A program made the position numbers and the translations under genes. Source: Sphaeroforma arctica JP610 (Eukaryota). Taken from it: DNA of 34,297 nt. The notes beneath the pieces were generated by a model that had not been told where the DNA came from, searched no databases, and worked only from the letters and a program-made list of their open reading frames with translations. The stretch covers positions 1 to 34,297 of the forward strand of contig NW_014039677.1 in NCBI RefSeq assembly GCF_001186125.1. Direction: 5' to 3'. This document shows, piece after piece, positions 24,115 through 34,297 of the stretch. Numbering within the stretch: the stretch's first letter is position 1; each line of letters opens with the position of its first letter.

Positions 24115-24515
24115 CCCCACTCGTGCAATGACCGTGTGCCCCCACGGAGTCTTCTCACAGGCATACTTCGCATACTTTAGACATGTATGCGGGGTCCGGG
24201 GTACTATCACTGGCTCGGTTTGCAATAATGATTTGAAAATGTCAAACCATGGTGCGCGAGGTGTCCAAGGTAAGCACACCGTCGCTAGCCCCATCCGCTT
24301 TGATCTTCCGAAGCATGCTATGTATCAACCTCCACGGCGGGTTCATCCACCCGTCAAACAACGCCCAGTTATGATCAAATGCACTGTCGCGCTCGTTCTT
24401 TGTCCAAAACCTAGGAAGCTGCGCGTTATGGGGTGCTGCGAACACGTCTATGTTGTTGTGTCCAAAGATACGCTGTGCTTGTTCGAAGTAGCTGGGAAAT
24501 AATAGCCAGCAGTCT
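24115..24515 (-). pseudogene. N6-adenine DNA methyltransferase-like domain (phage Dam / DIRS1 MT type) embedded in pol
   Basis: In frame with the RNase H end: WLLFPSYFEQAQRIFGHNNIDVFAAPHNAQLPRFWT...DSAFDHNW...GWMNPPWRLIHSMLRKIKADG. After one frameshift (~24285) it continues ATVCLPWTPRAPWFDIF...TPWGHTVIARV. NPPW is at 24332-24343. Confidence 0.85.
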
Positions 24516-24559
24516 GCATATAGTATCTCTGGCACGTCTGTTTCCGCGGTCCCTTCATG

Positions 24560-26371
24560 TATACGACTCAGCATATCCGGCAGGACATTCCTCTCCTCAG
24601 GTATATGTGAAATGGTGAAGTTAAAAGGCGCTATAATGTGGTGCCACCTCTGTAGCATAGGATTAAGCTTAATACTTTGTGATCCGTAAACACCGCAAAG
24701 CGCTGGCCGTCAAGGTAGTCGCGGAAGTGTGTCAACCCGTAGACCAACGCTAGTAGTTCCTTCATTGGTGTCGCATAGTTCTGTTGAGCCTGATTGAGTG
24801 TCTTGCTGAAAAACATTAGGTAGTGTTTATTGCCTTCCACCCACTGGAACAACACGCCCCCCAATCCGTAGTCACTCGCGTCTGTCTCGAGGTTGAGGGG
24901 GACGTCACCCACCGGAAAGTGTAGTGCGACCGCGTTGACTATCGCGTCCTTCATTGCTGTCCACGCGTCCGCATGGCATTGTTCCCACCTATCTCCGATC
25001 AGTTCTTTCAGCTTCAGCTTGCAAAACTCCCGTAGAGGGGCTACCACGTGTGCGAAATTGGGTAGGTGTTCGTGCAAGAAGTTAGCTAACCCCGACGCGG
25101 AGGCAATGTCCTTGTATCGCTGAGGTGTTGGCCAGTCGAGGAGTTTAGCCTGCTTCTCAAAGTCAACGTCAATCCCTGCCGCTGAAACCTTCTTACCTAG
25201 TATCAAAACCTCTGCAATTGCAAAGTGACACTTCGCTGGATTCAGTTTGAAACTGTTGTATGTCAATCTTCTGATCACCTCCTTCAATTTAGCGATGTGC
25301 TCTTCATAATCGTCACTGGCAATCACAATATCGTCAATGTGGTGGTGGACTGGTAGTCCATCTAGTATCGTACTGAGTGTCCGTTGTGATTGTTGCGTCA
25401 ATACGTGTAATCTGAAAGGTGCCGATGTAAACGAGTACTGGTATCGATCGTGCGTGAAACTAAATAGGTATCTAGAATCCGGGTGTATCGGTAGTCTATG
25501 ATATGCTGCTGATATATCGAGTGTGGTATAGTACTTCCTGCTCTTCCGTCGTGAAATGATCTCATTCACCTTCGGTATCAAAAACTGGTCTCCTGGAATC
25601 AGTGCTTTGACCGCTCGCATGTCCAGACATACCCGTACCTTCTTCACATTACCCTCACTATCAAACGTTGGAACTGCGAGTAAGGGAAGATTAACCGCCG
25701 TGGGAGTGGTCCGCTTGGTAATCACTAGGTCCTTCCACCACTTCTGTACTTGTTCATCGACATGCGGTAGCCATCGCTCGGATACAAAGTTGCGTGTCGA
25801 TCGTCTCATACTCCTAGCCTGCTCGCGTGTCACCGGTATTGCCACTTCACTCCCCTCTAAGCGGCAAAGTGCATTGTCTGCAATGTCGGCGTTCGCTTCC
25901 AACACTGTGGCCAGCCTTGTCCGTACTTCGTCGGGTTCGATAAGGAGTTCATCTAGTTCCGTTGGGTCGATAGGTGCGAGTGGTGACTGAATTCCGCCAA
26001 TATATAACCCAAGGTCCGTCATCATGTCCAGCCCGAGTATAATGTCGATGCTGTCAGGGAGATTCATCAACTCGAACGCTCCATTGATGATCTCTGAGCC
26101 ATAACGTATCGGTAGCAATTCTGTTGTCCCCAGGCGAGGAGTGCGTACCGCTTTATCCGCCAAATATATAAATGATTCGCTGGGTGCTAAGTGCGGATGC
26201 TCGTGCGATGCAACTACGGTTCCCACCTGTATCTATCAACGCTCGGAATGTACGACCTTTCACCTGCAATTGTATATAGGCACGGATGTCGGAGGACAGC
26301 AGTGGGTCTTTTATTGCCATCACTGTCTTCAATGGATGCGTGAACGTAAATGCTACATCATCATCGGACAC
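24560..26371 (-). pseudogene. Ty3/gypsy protease, reverse transcriptase and RNase H (frameshifted)
   Basis: Protease FRALIDTGGNRSCI. RT KVRVCLDMR, TTLDISAAYHRL, HIDDIVIAS, KLNPAKCHF. RNase H ETDASDYGLGGVL, KELLALV, FTDHK, HIPEERNVLPDMLSR. Confidence 0.95.
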
Positions 26372-26699
26372 CCTGAGGTCTCAGTGTTGCTCTGTTATCG
26401 GAGTCCATTGGGGCTGCGATGTGTCCGTCTGTTTATCCGCGGCCTGCTCGATGTCATTGGTTCGGATGGAGTGTATATGTAACTCTGTGGCCGACTGGCT
26501 ATCGTGTCCCGGACCCTCCTCCTGTGTGAGCACATTAACCTGTGGTATCGTCGTAGTTGAGGTCGACTGTCGGCTTAGGTATTCTGGTGGTTGGTGCACG
26601 GACCCCTGTGGTGGCGTAGGTGGCTGTCCCATTGTCACCTCTATCTGCTGCTGACTAGTGTCTGACGTCCGTGTCCTCACGTCCTGCCCCCCATGTTGG

Positions 26700-28415
26700 G
26701 CCGCTCGGTAATGGTGGCAGCGCGGTATGTGTCGCAACCCTGGAGGTGCTTGTGCGCGGCAACCGTTGCACGTCATTGGGTTAGTTGTTGGAGTCGGGCG
26801 TTGTTGCCATTGTTGCTGCTGACGCTGGACTATGTGTGAGCTAGGTCTATTATTCGTCGTCTCCCCCCGGGCTGAGTCCCCATTGTGACCTCGACGATTG
26901 ACTAAACCTTATNNNNNNNNNNNNNNNNNNNNTCCAACAATTGAACTATGCAGTGGTTGAGCAAATTTTTCTTAAAATCTGCATCGATCTGACAACGCTC
27001 GTGTGCCCGACAATGATTCTACTTAAGGTGTGTCATCTGTTCCATCACTGGAACATTACTAAGTTTCTGGTGTCCCTTTGCTAATTTGCGAAATGTGGGG
27101 TCCACCGTAGCCTGAGTCTCGTGTGAACAGATTTGTGTTATTTGGAGTTCTGGTGTCCATGCAACTAAACGTTGGTGATTAGATTTTATATAATCAAGTG
27201 TAGATTGTTTGGCTTTAAAGTGGCTTAACACCTTATAAAACCAACGAAGACTCCATGCTTCGTCGACACCCGAAATCTGCGCATTCTTAAGGGCTTCTCG
27301 CAATGCCCCTTTAGTGTCGCGCTCCATAATGTTGCTGAGGTTATACCAGTTCGAGGGCCACTCCGGCCAACTACGTGGTTCCCGTGGTTCCTGTTTGTTC
27401 GCCGGTCGTGAGTCATAGGTTGCTCTTTATGTCTCGAGTACACCTCTTAGTGCCTCCGCTCGTGGCAAGTTGTTGGCTTCCACTGCACTACATGATTCCT
27501 CCGACAATTTGAGCATACGCGCGTGCAAGGCTTGGCGGTCCGCCGCTATGCTGTCTGGTGTAGGAGGTGTGGCCTGCTGAGCCAAGCGTCGACGCTTCTC
27601 CGATGACGTGGCTTAACTCGACGGTGTGCGTTCAAGCAGCCTGCGTGACGGTAGACTGTCATTCATAGCTTCTCATACAAATTGTTGGCTTTGACGTTGT
27701 GCTTGTAAAGACGTGTCCATGTTGTCACGTCGATTATCCAGTGCCTCCCTCCCGTGAGGATTCTGTGTAGCTCTACGTTGTTCCTTTGCAAAGTTTTGAC
27801 GAGATATCGTTTCCTGTTGTGTATCGCTTTCGTCCTGATCCGACGAAGTGTACCTTAACCCACGACGGGCATCGTCGGCTCCTCTAATGCGGAACTCGAT
27901 GTTGTCCGGTGATGAAGGTGTGTTCCCTCGTCACAGTCGACGCAAACGCCGTTCATATTTCTCTAATAGCGATTGCTGTCGCCGAAGTAGGCTCGTCATT
28001 TGCTCTGGCATGTCATCGTCTCTACCTCGGCTCTGTTGTCTCTCTTTGATATGATAACGAGGGCGCTTACTTGTTACAGCCTGTAATGCCTCTCGAGGAG
28101 CTGTCCCCTCCTGGTAGTGAGCCTGCGACGTCGAATGTGGCACTCTCATTAGTTCGGGGGTACGTCGTTCACGATCCGTGAAGTCCACGTCACTCGGAGT
28201 GGTTATTCGCCCGTCGCGTTGTTGTTGTGCTGTAGTGTCCGCTGGAGTATTGTTTGGTTAGTTCGACGTTCTGACTCTAAGTCCTCCTACACTTCTCCAC
28301 CCGTATCTACTCGATCATGAGTACGTCATCGGAAACCTCGTTGATGGATGTCATCCCGTTCACGTTGTTCTGGGGATAGCTGTTGCTGCCGACGACTCTG
28401 TCGAATGTTAGCCAT
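26700..28415 (-). pseudogene. Degenerate gag region of the gypsy element (contains a 20-N gap at 26913-26932)
   Basis: Located upstream of the protease. ATG at 28415, R/Q-rich fragments, and a Cys/His motif CNGC...H...C at ~26720-26770. Confidence 0.55.
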
Positions 28416-29347
28416 GGTTGAAGTAACCTTCTGTTTGTCTATTGATAGCAATGTGATGTTTCAACTTATTTTCCTTCTGACTTAAATAGGCATTCGACTG
28501 TGAATCTCACGCCTACTAATTACTCAAAGCCCCATTAACCATTCTCCTATCAACGTGTTCTTGTACCCCTGCCTGGGTCTTGTTGCACTGAAATCGTCCG
28601 CTCATGAACCTCGTGCTCCAGACTACCCCGGTTATCCTTGCGGTTGCTCCTTACTCCTTCCGACCAACCCCGTACTCTCGATACCCATGCCATTTCTCGT
28701 TTTGTGGGTTCTCTACTCCTCATATTCTTGCTCTATTGTTCCGTACACATGTCTCTTTGCTACCGACGTTCTCCCGTTTCACTTTCGGCTCTGACCCTAG
28801 TTAGTTGGCTAACTTGCTGCCTATCGTCGTCGTCGCTGTGTCTTGGTGCTGCTCGTTCTCACACCACACTTGTCTACCGTAACTCATACGGTATATTCAT
28901 ATTCACATTGAAATCGACGAATTTGGTCGGACCACTCGTATGCACATTTACAATACTCACTCCCTCGTGTACTCAATTTAGTACTGTGTACACACACCCT
29001 ATCGTTCTATGTAGCGTCGTGTCACTCCTATTGTGTTTGTATCTTTTATCTTATGTACCCGAACTTGCTGTATGACTGTCATTGCATGTGCATCTTACTT
29101 CAGTGTCTATGTGCGCATGTCATTTCTTTGCAAACCTATGTCTTCTACTAATAATCTATTTAGTTTACACCTGGTTACTTGAGTATCTATCCCATATCAT
29201 TCCTCTCTCTCTTATTCCTGTACCCAATTTCTTACATACCTTTTGGATGCCTGTACACACGTGTACTTCGTGCTCGTTGCCATGGCGATGCTCAAACATA
29301 TACACCTACTTGACTTCTTTTTGTTTTCCTTGACCTTCTGATACCGT

Positions 29348-29842
29348 CTACAGTTCGTCCAAATCCTCCTTATTCTTCTGGATATCCTTCCTGATTTGAG
29401 TCGATTCTCGTTCCGGTATCGATGCCCATGGCTCCGTGCGCTCCTCTTGTCGCGGCATGGTCCGTAAAGTCCACTTTAATGTGATCGTCGGATTCCTATT
29501 CTCTTGTTCCCACACAACATTTTCTCTGTTGCGATTATCCGTTGTATTACCTATCGTTGACGTCCTTAGGGTCTCCTGACTGTTAACTTTTATGTCCTCT
29601 AGTCGTCTTCCTCTCTCATCTAACCTGTCTACCTGTCGATGTACATGAGATTGTATTCTACGGTTGTGTTGATCCACACGGCTCGCCTGCCCCTGTATAA
29701 TTACGGTTCCCTCCGTCATTTCATGTTCTGAAGCACTACTGCTGTTTAGTAGAAGTGTTGGTATGCTATTGCTTGTATCGCTACTAATAAATACACTCTC
29801 CGTATCATGTAACAATGGTTGGGTCGTGTTGGAAATCATCAT
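29348..29842 (-). CDS. Extra sense-strand ORF in the long 5' region of the gypsy element
   Basis: 164-aa ATG ORF starting ~155 nt after the 5' LTR, S/T-rich then charged. No motif recognised. Confidence 0.4.
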   Translation of the reverse strand: MMISNTTQPLLHDTESVFISSDTSNSIPTLLLNSSSASEHEMTEGTVIIQGQASRVDQHNRRIQSHVHRQVDRLDERGRRLEDIKVNSQETLRTSTIGNTTDNRNRENVVWEQENRNPTITLKWTLRTMPRQEERTEPWASIPERESTQIRKDIQKNKEDLDEL

Positions 29843-29996
29843 TTCAGTGGCTGATGTCTACTGATGCCTAGGACTTTCTCTCTTCTTTATGTCATCAAAA
29901 TTTTCTACTTCTATCTGTGGACCTTTCGGTCCTATTATCTTCTTTTCCTATATAGGATAAGCTCAATTAATGTACAACATCTAAGGCAGTTAAAAA

Positions 29997-30227
29997 TGTA
30001 GTAAGCAGTCGAGGATAACTGTATCTCAACGTACTCCCCTCGTACAAAGGGAGACGATGTTCATTTATTGAACTAAATCCTGTGACTATCATTTTGGTCA
30101 TGTGTTTTCCGTTAATCAGTTTTAACCTGATTGGATAAACCCAGTTCAAAATGTAGTCTCTAATAAAACCCAAATATCAAATAAACCCTAATTCTAAATA
30201 AACCCTATCAGGGACTTCCTGACTACA
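29997..30227 (-). repeat. 5' LTR of the gypsy element
   Basis: Direct repeat of 22200-22430 with TG...CA termini. Confidence 0.95.
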
Positions 30228-30445
30228 GATCAAACACGATTGGATATATGCATTGCTGTTTCGATCCTAAATCGCTATCTGATAGCACCACAGTACCACT
30301 ACTTCAAAGGAGCCAAGCGCTGTTTGGGGTATCTCGCTGGTACTCAAGACTTCGGCCTCGAATACACGAACAACGAACCATGTATTCTCTATTTGAGTGC
30401 AGACAGTAAAACCCACAAATCTTCGGCGGGTTCTACTATGACCTA

Positions 30446-32967
30446 AACAGAACCTGAGTTCAGCGGCTGCCAAACAACTCGTTCCGCCCACGTTTGACCG
30501 CCCAAAGCAATGCTCAAATGTTCGAAGATATTGCGTACCAACGACGGTCTCCGCGCCAACCCAGCATACCGGGTGCCGATGACACAGGCGCCACCCTCAC
30601 TGGCTACTTTGAGGACCTATTCAACTCTACAAACCCGTACGTGTTTCTACCGAATACTGAACCCTCGCCCGATGTAACTTCCGCCATACGCCCCGACGAT
30701 GTATTGGAGGCTATACCACGCTATCCCAATAAGGGGCCTGACCTCCTGAAGGCCGCAGTGGAGCGCTCCACCAAACGCAGGACACTAGGACGCCCAGACG
30801 TCAATAGCCCACTGATTAGACTCCTTGCTGAAGCATTCACTGAGCTACTGAAGGCGGGTACCTTCTCTGCAGCCCTTCTCTGCAGCCTCCTGACAACGCA
30901 CCCAAAGAAAGCCGATGCAGATATCACCTCCCCCGCCGACTTCCACCCTATCACGCTTACGCAAATAGTCTATACTACGCTATCCCAATAAGGGGCCTGG
31001 CCTCCTGAAGGCCGCAGTGGGGTGCTCCACCAAACGCAGGACACTAGGACGCCCAGACGTCAATAGCTCACTGGTTAGACTCCTTGCCGAAGCATTCACT
31101 GAGCTACTGAAGGCGGGTACCTTCTTCTCTGCAGCCTCCTGACAACGCACCCAAAGAAAGCTGATGCAGATATCACCTCCCCCACCGACTTCCACCCTAT
31201 CACGCTTACGCAAATAGTCAGAAGCATCTTTGAGAAGTGGTTTCATAAGCTGATTACGAGCCACCCCGGTTCTGCTACCCATGCTACCCAAGCTGGCTTA
31301 AAATCACGATACTCCTGTCATACCCAAGCACTCGCCGCCATGGAATCTGAGAAACAGTCGGAAGAGGAGTGGAACGACGTCTGTCTGGACATTACCAAGA
31401 CATACGACAAGGTTGCTCTCCCACGCCTATGGGTACTCCTGCGCCACGCCGGAATGCACGAAAACTGGATCAACTGGCTCCGCGCGATAATTGAGAGGGT
31501 TCCTACCCGAGTGACATACCGTTGCACGCTCTCGCCTCTATTCCATAGAACGAATGGCATCCTACAAGGCTCAATCGTTGGCCCCCAGCTTTTTATTATT
31601 TACATGGATTCCTTAGCGGTCACACTATCACAATTTTGGCACAAGCTCCTCCGCTCTTATTTGTTTGTCGGCGACACACGGATCCAAGCCCCCCAACCGG
31701 TTCCGCTCCAGCCCTTCTTAGATGACATTGATGGGCGGGGACGCAAATCTGGCCTCGAACAGGGTGTCATCAAACCCCGAGAATGATCTACCGACTTGCG
31801 ACACGCGGCGCCAACCCTCCGTATAAATGGTGAGCTTATCACGCTGACTCTCGCAGACGCACCTTGAAACACACGTTACCTCCCTCTGAAGATGGCGCCC
31901 ACACATGTCAAGCCGAAACGCTCCAAATATCTGGGGTCCCCACTCTCTCACGTTATACAAGGGATCGACTTCGCCAGACATATGTAATCCCTGGTTGCAG
32001 CATTGTCCCTGGGTATCACCTCTTTCCACGCTTATGGCTTCCATGGCTTCAGCTGGCGACAACCCTGCAACCGACTGGTGCTGTTCGAAACATTCATCAT
32101 ATCCACGGCTACATATGGCCTGAACATTATTGCCTGGGCTCCACCTATATGGAAGGATGCCCTGGACCCCCTGTTCGAGCGCTATAACTCAGCACTCATC
32201 CAGGCAGCAGTCACCATCAAAGGCACTAAATACCCTAGGTTTCCCAAACATCAAACAAACGTACTCCACTTTTGTGGCCTGCTCCCCGCACGACCATTCG
32301 CGGACTACCTCGGAGGTTGCCTGGGAATACAACTCGACTCAATGGCCAGCACAAATACACTTACCCCTCTGACGCAACCCGCCTGGGCTCATGACAAACC
32401 ATCACTGCGCTTCCTGTACAGTATCTAAGCCCACCTGAAAACTGTACACAAAACCACGGGCGGGCGTACACCCGACCAGCTCTCCACCAACGCTGTGACG
32501 ACTTCAGAAGGAACTCATCAAAATGCTGGTCCAATAAGGAGATCGCGGCAATGGCCCGGCGCCAATACTACTACCAACTGGTAATGGGTAAACCGCCAAC
32601 CTTAAATCGAGACAAAGCCAGACACGACAGCTTCAACCGCTGATTCGAGCCTACACCCATCCGGCTCTGTGCTATGATTTTAACGAATACGTACATGTTC
32701 ACATTGATCGACTACCGCACTGACGGTTGTCTCTACCCAGTCTGCCCCGGTAGCCACAAATTCACCACTAGCCACTTTACCTGCATCCAACAATTGATCC
32801 GACGCATCCTGGTAAGCCTGAAACTGCCACCCATTGGCCCTGACCTCCTCAAGCAAATACAAGAGCGTCACGACTTCCACGGTATCTGGACCCTCCACGA
32901 ACACCTTGGATTCTTTCTCCAGCATGTAGAACAACCACCGTACCCACACCCGTCTCTGACACATTAA
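30446..32967 (+). mobile_element. 5'-truncated non-LTR retrotransposon (LINE), degenerate RT and C-terminal Cys/His knuckle
   Basis: KGPD, PKK...SPADFHPITL, CLDITKTYDKV, GILQGSIVGPQLFIIYMD, YLFVGD; C-terminal CLYPVC...H..C. Boundaries are approximate. Confidence 0.88.
30718..31219. repeat. ~259-bp tandem duplication within the LINE
   Basis: acgctatcccaataagggg...acgcaaatagtc occurs at 30718-30972 and 30977-31219. The second copy has a small deletion. Confidence 0.9.
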
Positions 32968-32977
32968 TAGATGTTCC

Positions 32978-33480
32978 CCATATCCCGGCTAATCACGTTG
33001 TGAAGTTCGACTTCCAGAATTAGGTCCATATTAAGTCATCGCGCCTGTTGGTTCCGTCTATGATACTTCTGATTCAGATCAACCAGCACATATCGAATAC
33101 ATCGGTGGTCTGTTCGGCATCGGTTTACTTCCAACCTCGCTTCTCAACCGAACTATGACAGATAACCTGGTCCTACTCGACATTTTGTACTCTGCACTAA
33201 CCCATTCGAAGGCAATGCACGGTGCAGACCCGATCCGTACCACAAAGGTGGGTACGCTACATAGTAGGTCAGCAAGCGAGTACTTAGCACACTCGATAGT
33301 GCAAGGTTTTTTGTCAGCACCGGCCAGAATTGATCCAGTGCATATCCTCCATCGTCGACTCACTTGGCCCAAGTTTCAAACGGGAACTTACTGACCACTT
33401 CTTCCCATCGATATTCCCCGAACCACTACAACGGCTATGGGAGCCATACCATATGTACATACATTGTAAATAATCTCCTT
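32978..33480 (+). repeat. Unclassified interspersed repeat with a degenerate ORF; its 5' part matches the reverse complement of ~4470-4534
   Basis: catatcccggctaatcacgttgtgaagt...cttccagaattaggtccatattaagtcatc compared with the reverse complement of gatgatttagtttgaaccgaaatttggaagtagtacttcaacagcgtgattagccggggtatg. Confidence 0.5.
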
Positions 33481-34297
33481 TGAAATAAATAATATCATCC
33501 CTATTTATATCAGGAACCATAGTCAGAGAGTTCATTTGATGCCAGGGTGTCAGACTCCATGATAGTCAGACCGCTTGTTAGTCGAGAGGGTCAGACTCTA
33601 TGTATGTATTGATATTATGAAGGAGTTTAGTTTAAGTTTTTAACACTAGGTGTCATACAATTTACAACAGTTTGTACACCACTGTAACAGTCTGACTGTA
33701 TTACATCTATTGAAAAAAGAAATCATAGTATGAGGCACGAATAAAACACACTACTATCTATAAGGGCCGAAGCAGAATTTTAAGTTAGTCAGTACATGCC
33801 ATTACAATAGTGCCTTTTGTATATAAGTAGAAGCAATACTATTGTGTGGCTCGACAGATTAACATAGGACCAACTCATTCATGGCGTTGTAGAATTAAGC
33901 TTGGTTAAACAATAAGAACGGGAACAACCGATTAATGCCGTTGATTAAAAATACATGCCTGCGAGGGCCAAGCAGAGGTTCTGCATCAGCATAGAGCTTG
34001 ACTGGGCAGGAGAGCTGAAGAGTCTTATCAAAGACGCTTTCTCACTCACTCAGAAAGCAATTTTTTCTTCGAACGTCGAATCTTTTAAAGGGGTGTGAGG
34101 TCGAAGATGCCATTCAACCATGAACAGTATGGCGGGTGGTAGAGTCAGCAGGCAATGATCTCTGACGAGACTTAGGGGTAGGTAAGCCTGAGAGTTTGGT
34201 ATAGAGAGTTGTAGAAATACGGCCTCCGGTCAGTCTAAAATATCAAGATCAATTGAGATAATGCATTGGTTTTTATTTGTATTTTAAATAAATTAAT

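Larger units (their letters stand above)
22200..30227 (-). mobile_element. Full-length but mutated Ty3/gypsy (chromovirus-type) LTR retrotransposon: gag-PR-RT-RH-MTase-IN-chromodomain
   Basis: 231-bp LTRs at 22200-22430 and 29997-30227 (6 mismatches). TGTAGT...ACTACA termini. TSD gatc (22196-22199 and 30228-30231). PPT at 22431-22438. Domain order RT-RH-IN. Confidence 0.95.
16558..30445 (+). mobile_element. Ty1/copia element B (degenerate gag-PR-IN-RT-RH), host to two nested LTR insertions and truncated by a LINE
   Basis: LTR end ...ctaaca at 16666; knuckle CAYCNNQGHSTGQC (~17159-17200); protease ACDSSATVHL (17721-17750); WLNRLAH...CKAC; integrase EPLELVFVDIIGPF and PQHHGKLERL|HGTL across an insertion; RT WVFK, YAPVVAKETLR, VYGLPPS, VHVDD; TRLDICIAVSILNRY...KGAKRCLGYLAGT after 30232. 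IN-before-RT order defines copia. Confidence 0.92.

Noticed and set aside
24893..26654. Plus-strand ORFs over the gypsy pol
   Set aside because: They are antisense shadows of the minus-strand coding region with no motifs.
22200..30227. Classifying the MTase-bearing element as DIRS1
   Set aside because: It has a protease, DDE integrase, direct LTRs, a PPT and a TSD, and no tyrosine recombinase is visible.

Overview
This is a eukaryotic genomic window (microsatellites, intron-like GT-AG segments, two assembly gaps) made mostly of nested, decaying retrotransposons. The only clearly intact cellular gene is an intronless, prokaryote-like (CobB/class U-like) sirtuin at 6944-7909, followed by a diverged partial copy of its 3' third. 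A degraded Ulp1/SENP (C48) protease gene lies at the left edge. A Ty1/copia element (16558-~30445) hosts two complete LTR insertions. The first is a 2-kb non-autonomous element (18529-20570, 346-bp LTRs, TSD CTGC). The second is an 8-kb Ty3/gypsy chromovirus-type element (22200-30227, minus strand, 231-bp LTRs, TSD GATC). The standout observation is that this gypsy pol carries a phage-Dam/DIRS1-type N6-adenine DNA methyltransferase domain (DVFAA...DSAF...W...NPPW) between RNase H and the DDE integrase-chromodomain. Also present are two solo LTRs of the copia family, a second copia remnant, a related gypsy remnant and a LINE remnant. All assignments come from reading motifs by eye; no database searches were run and the organism cannot be determined.
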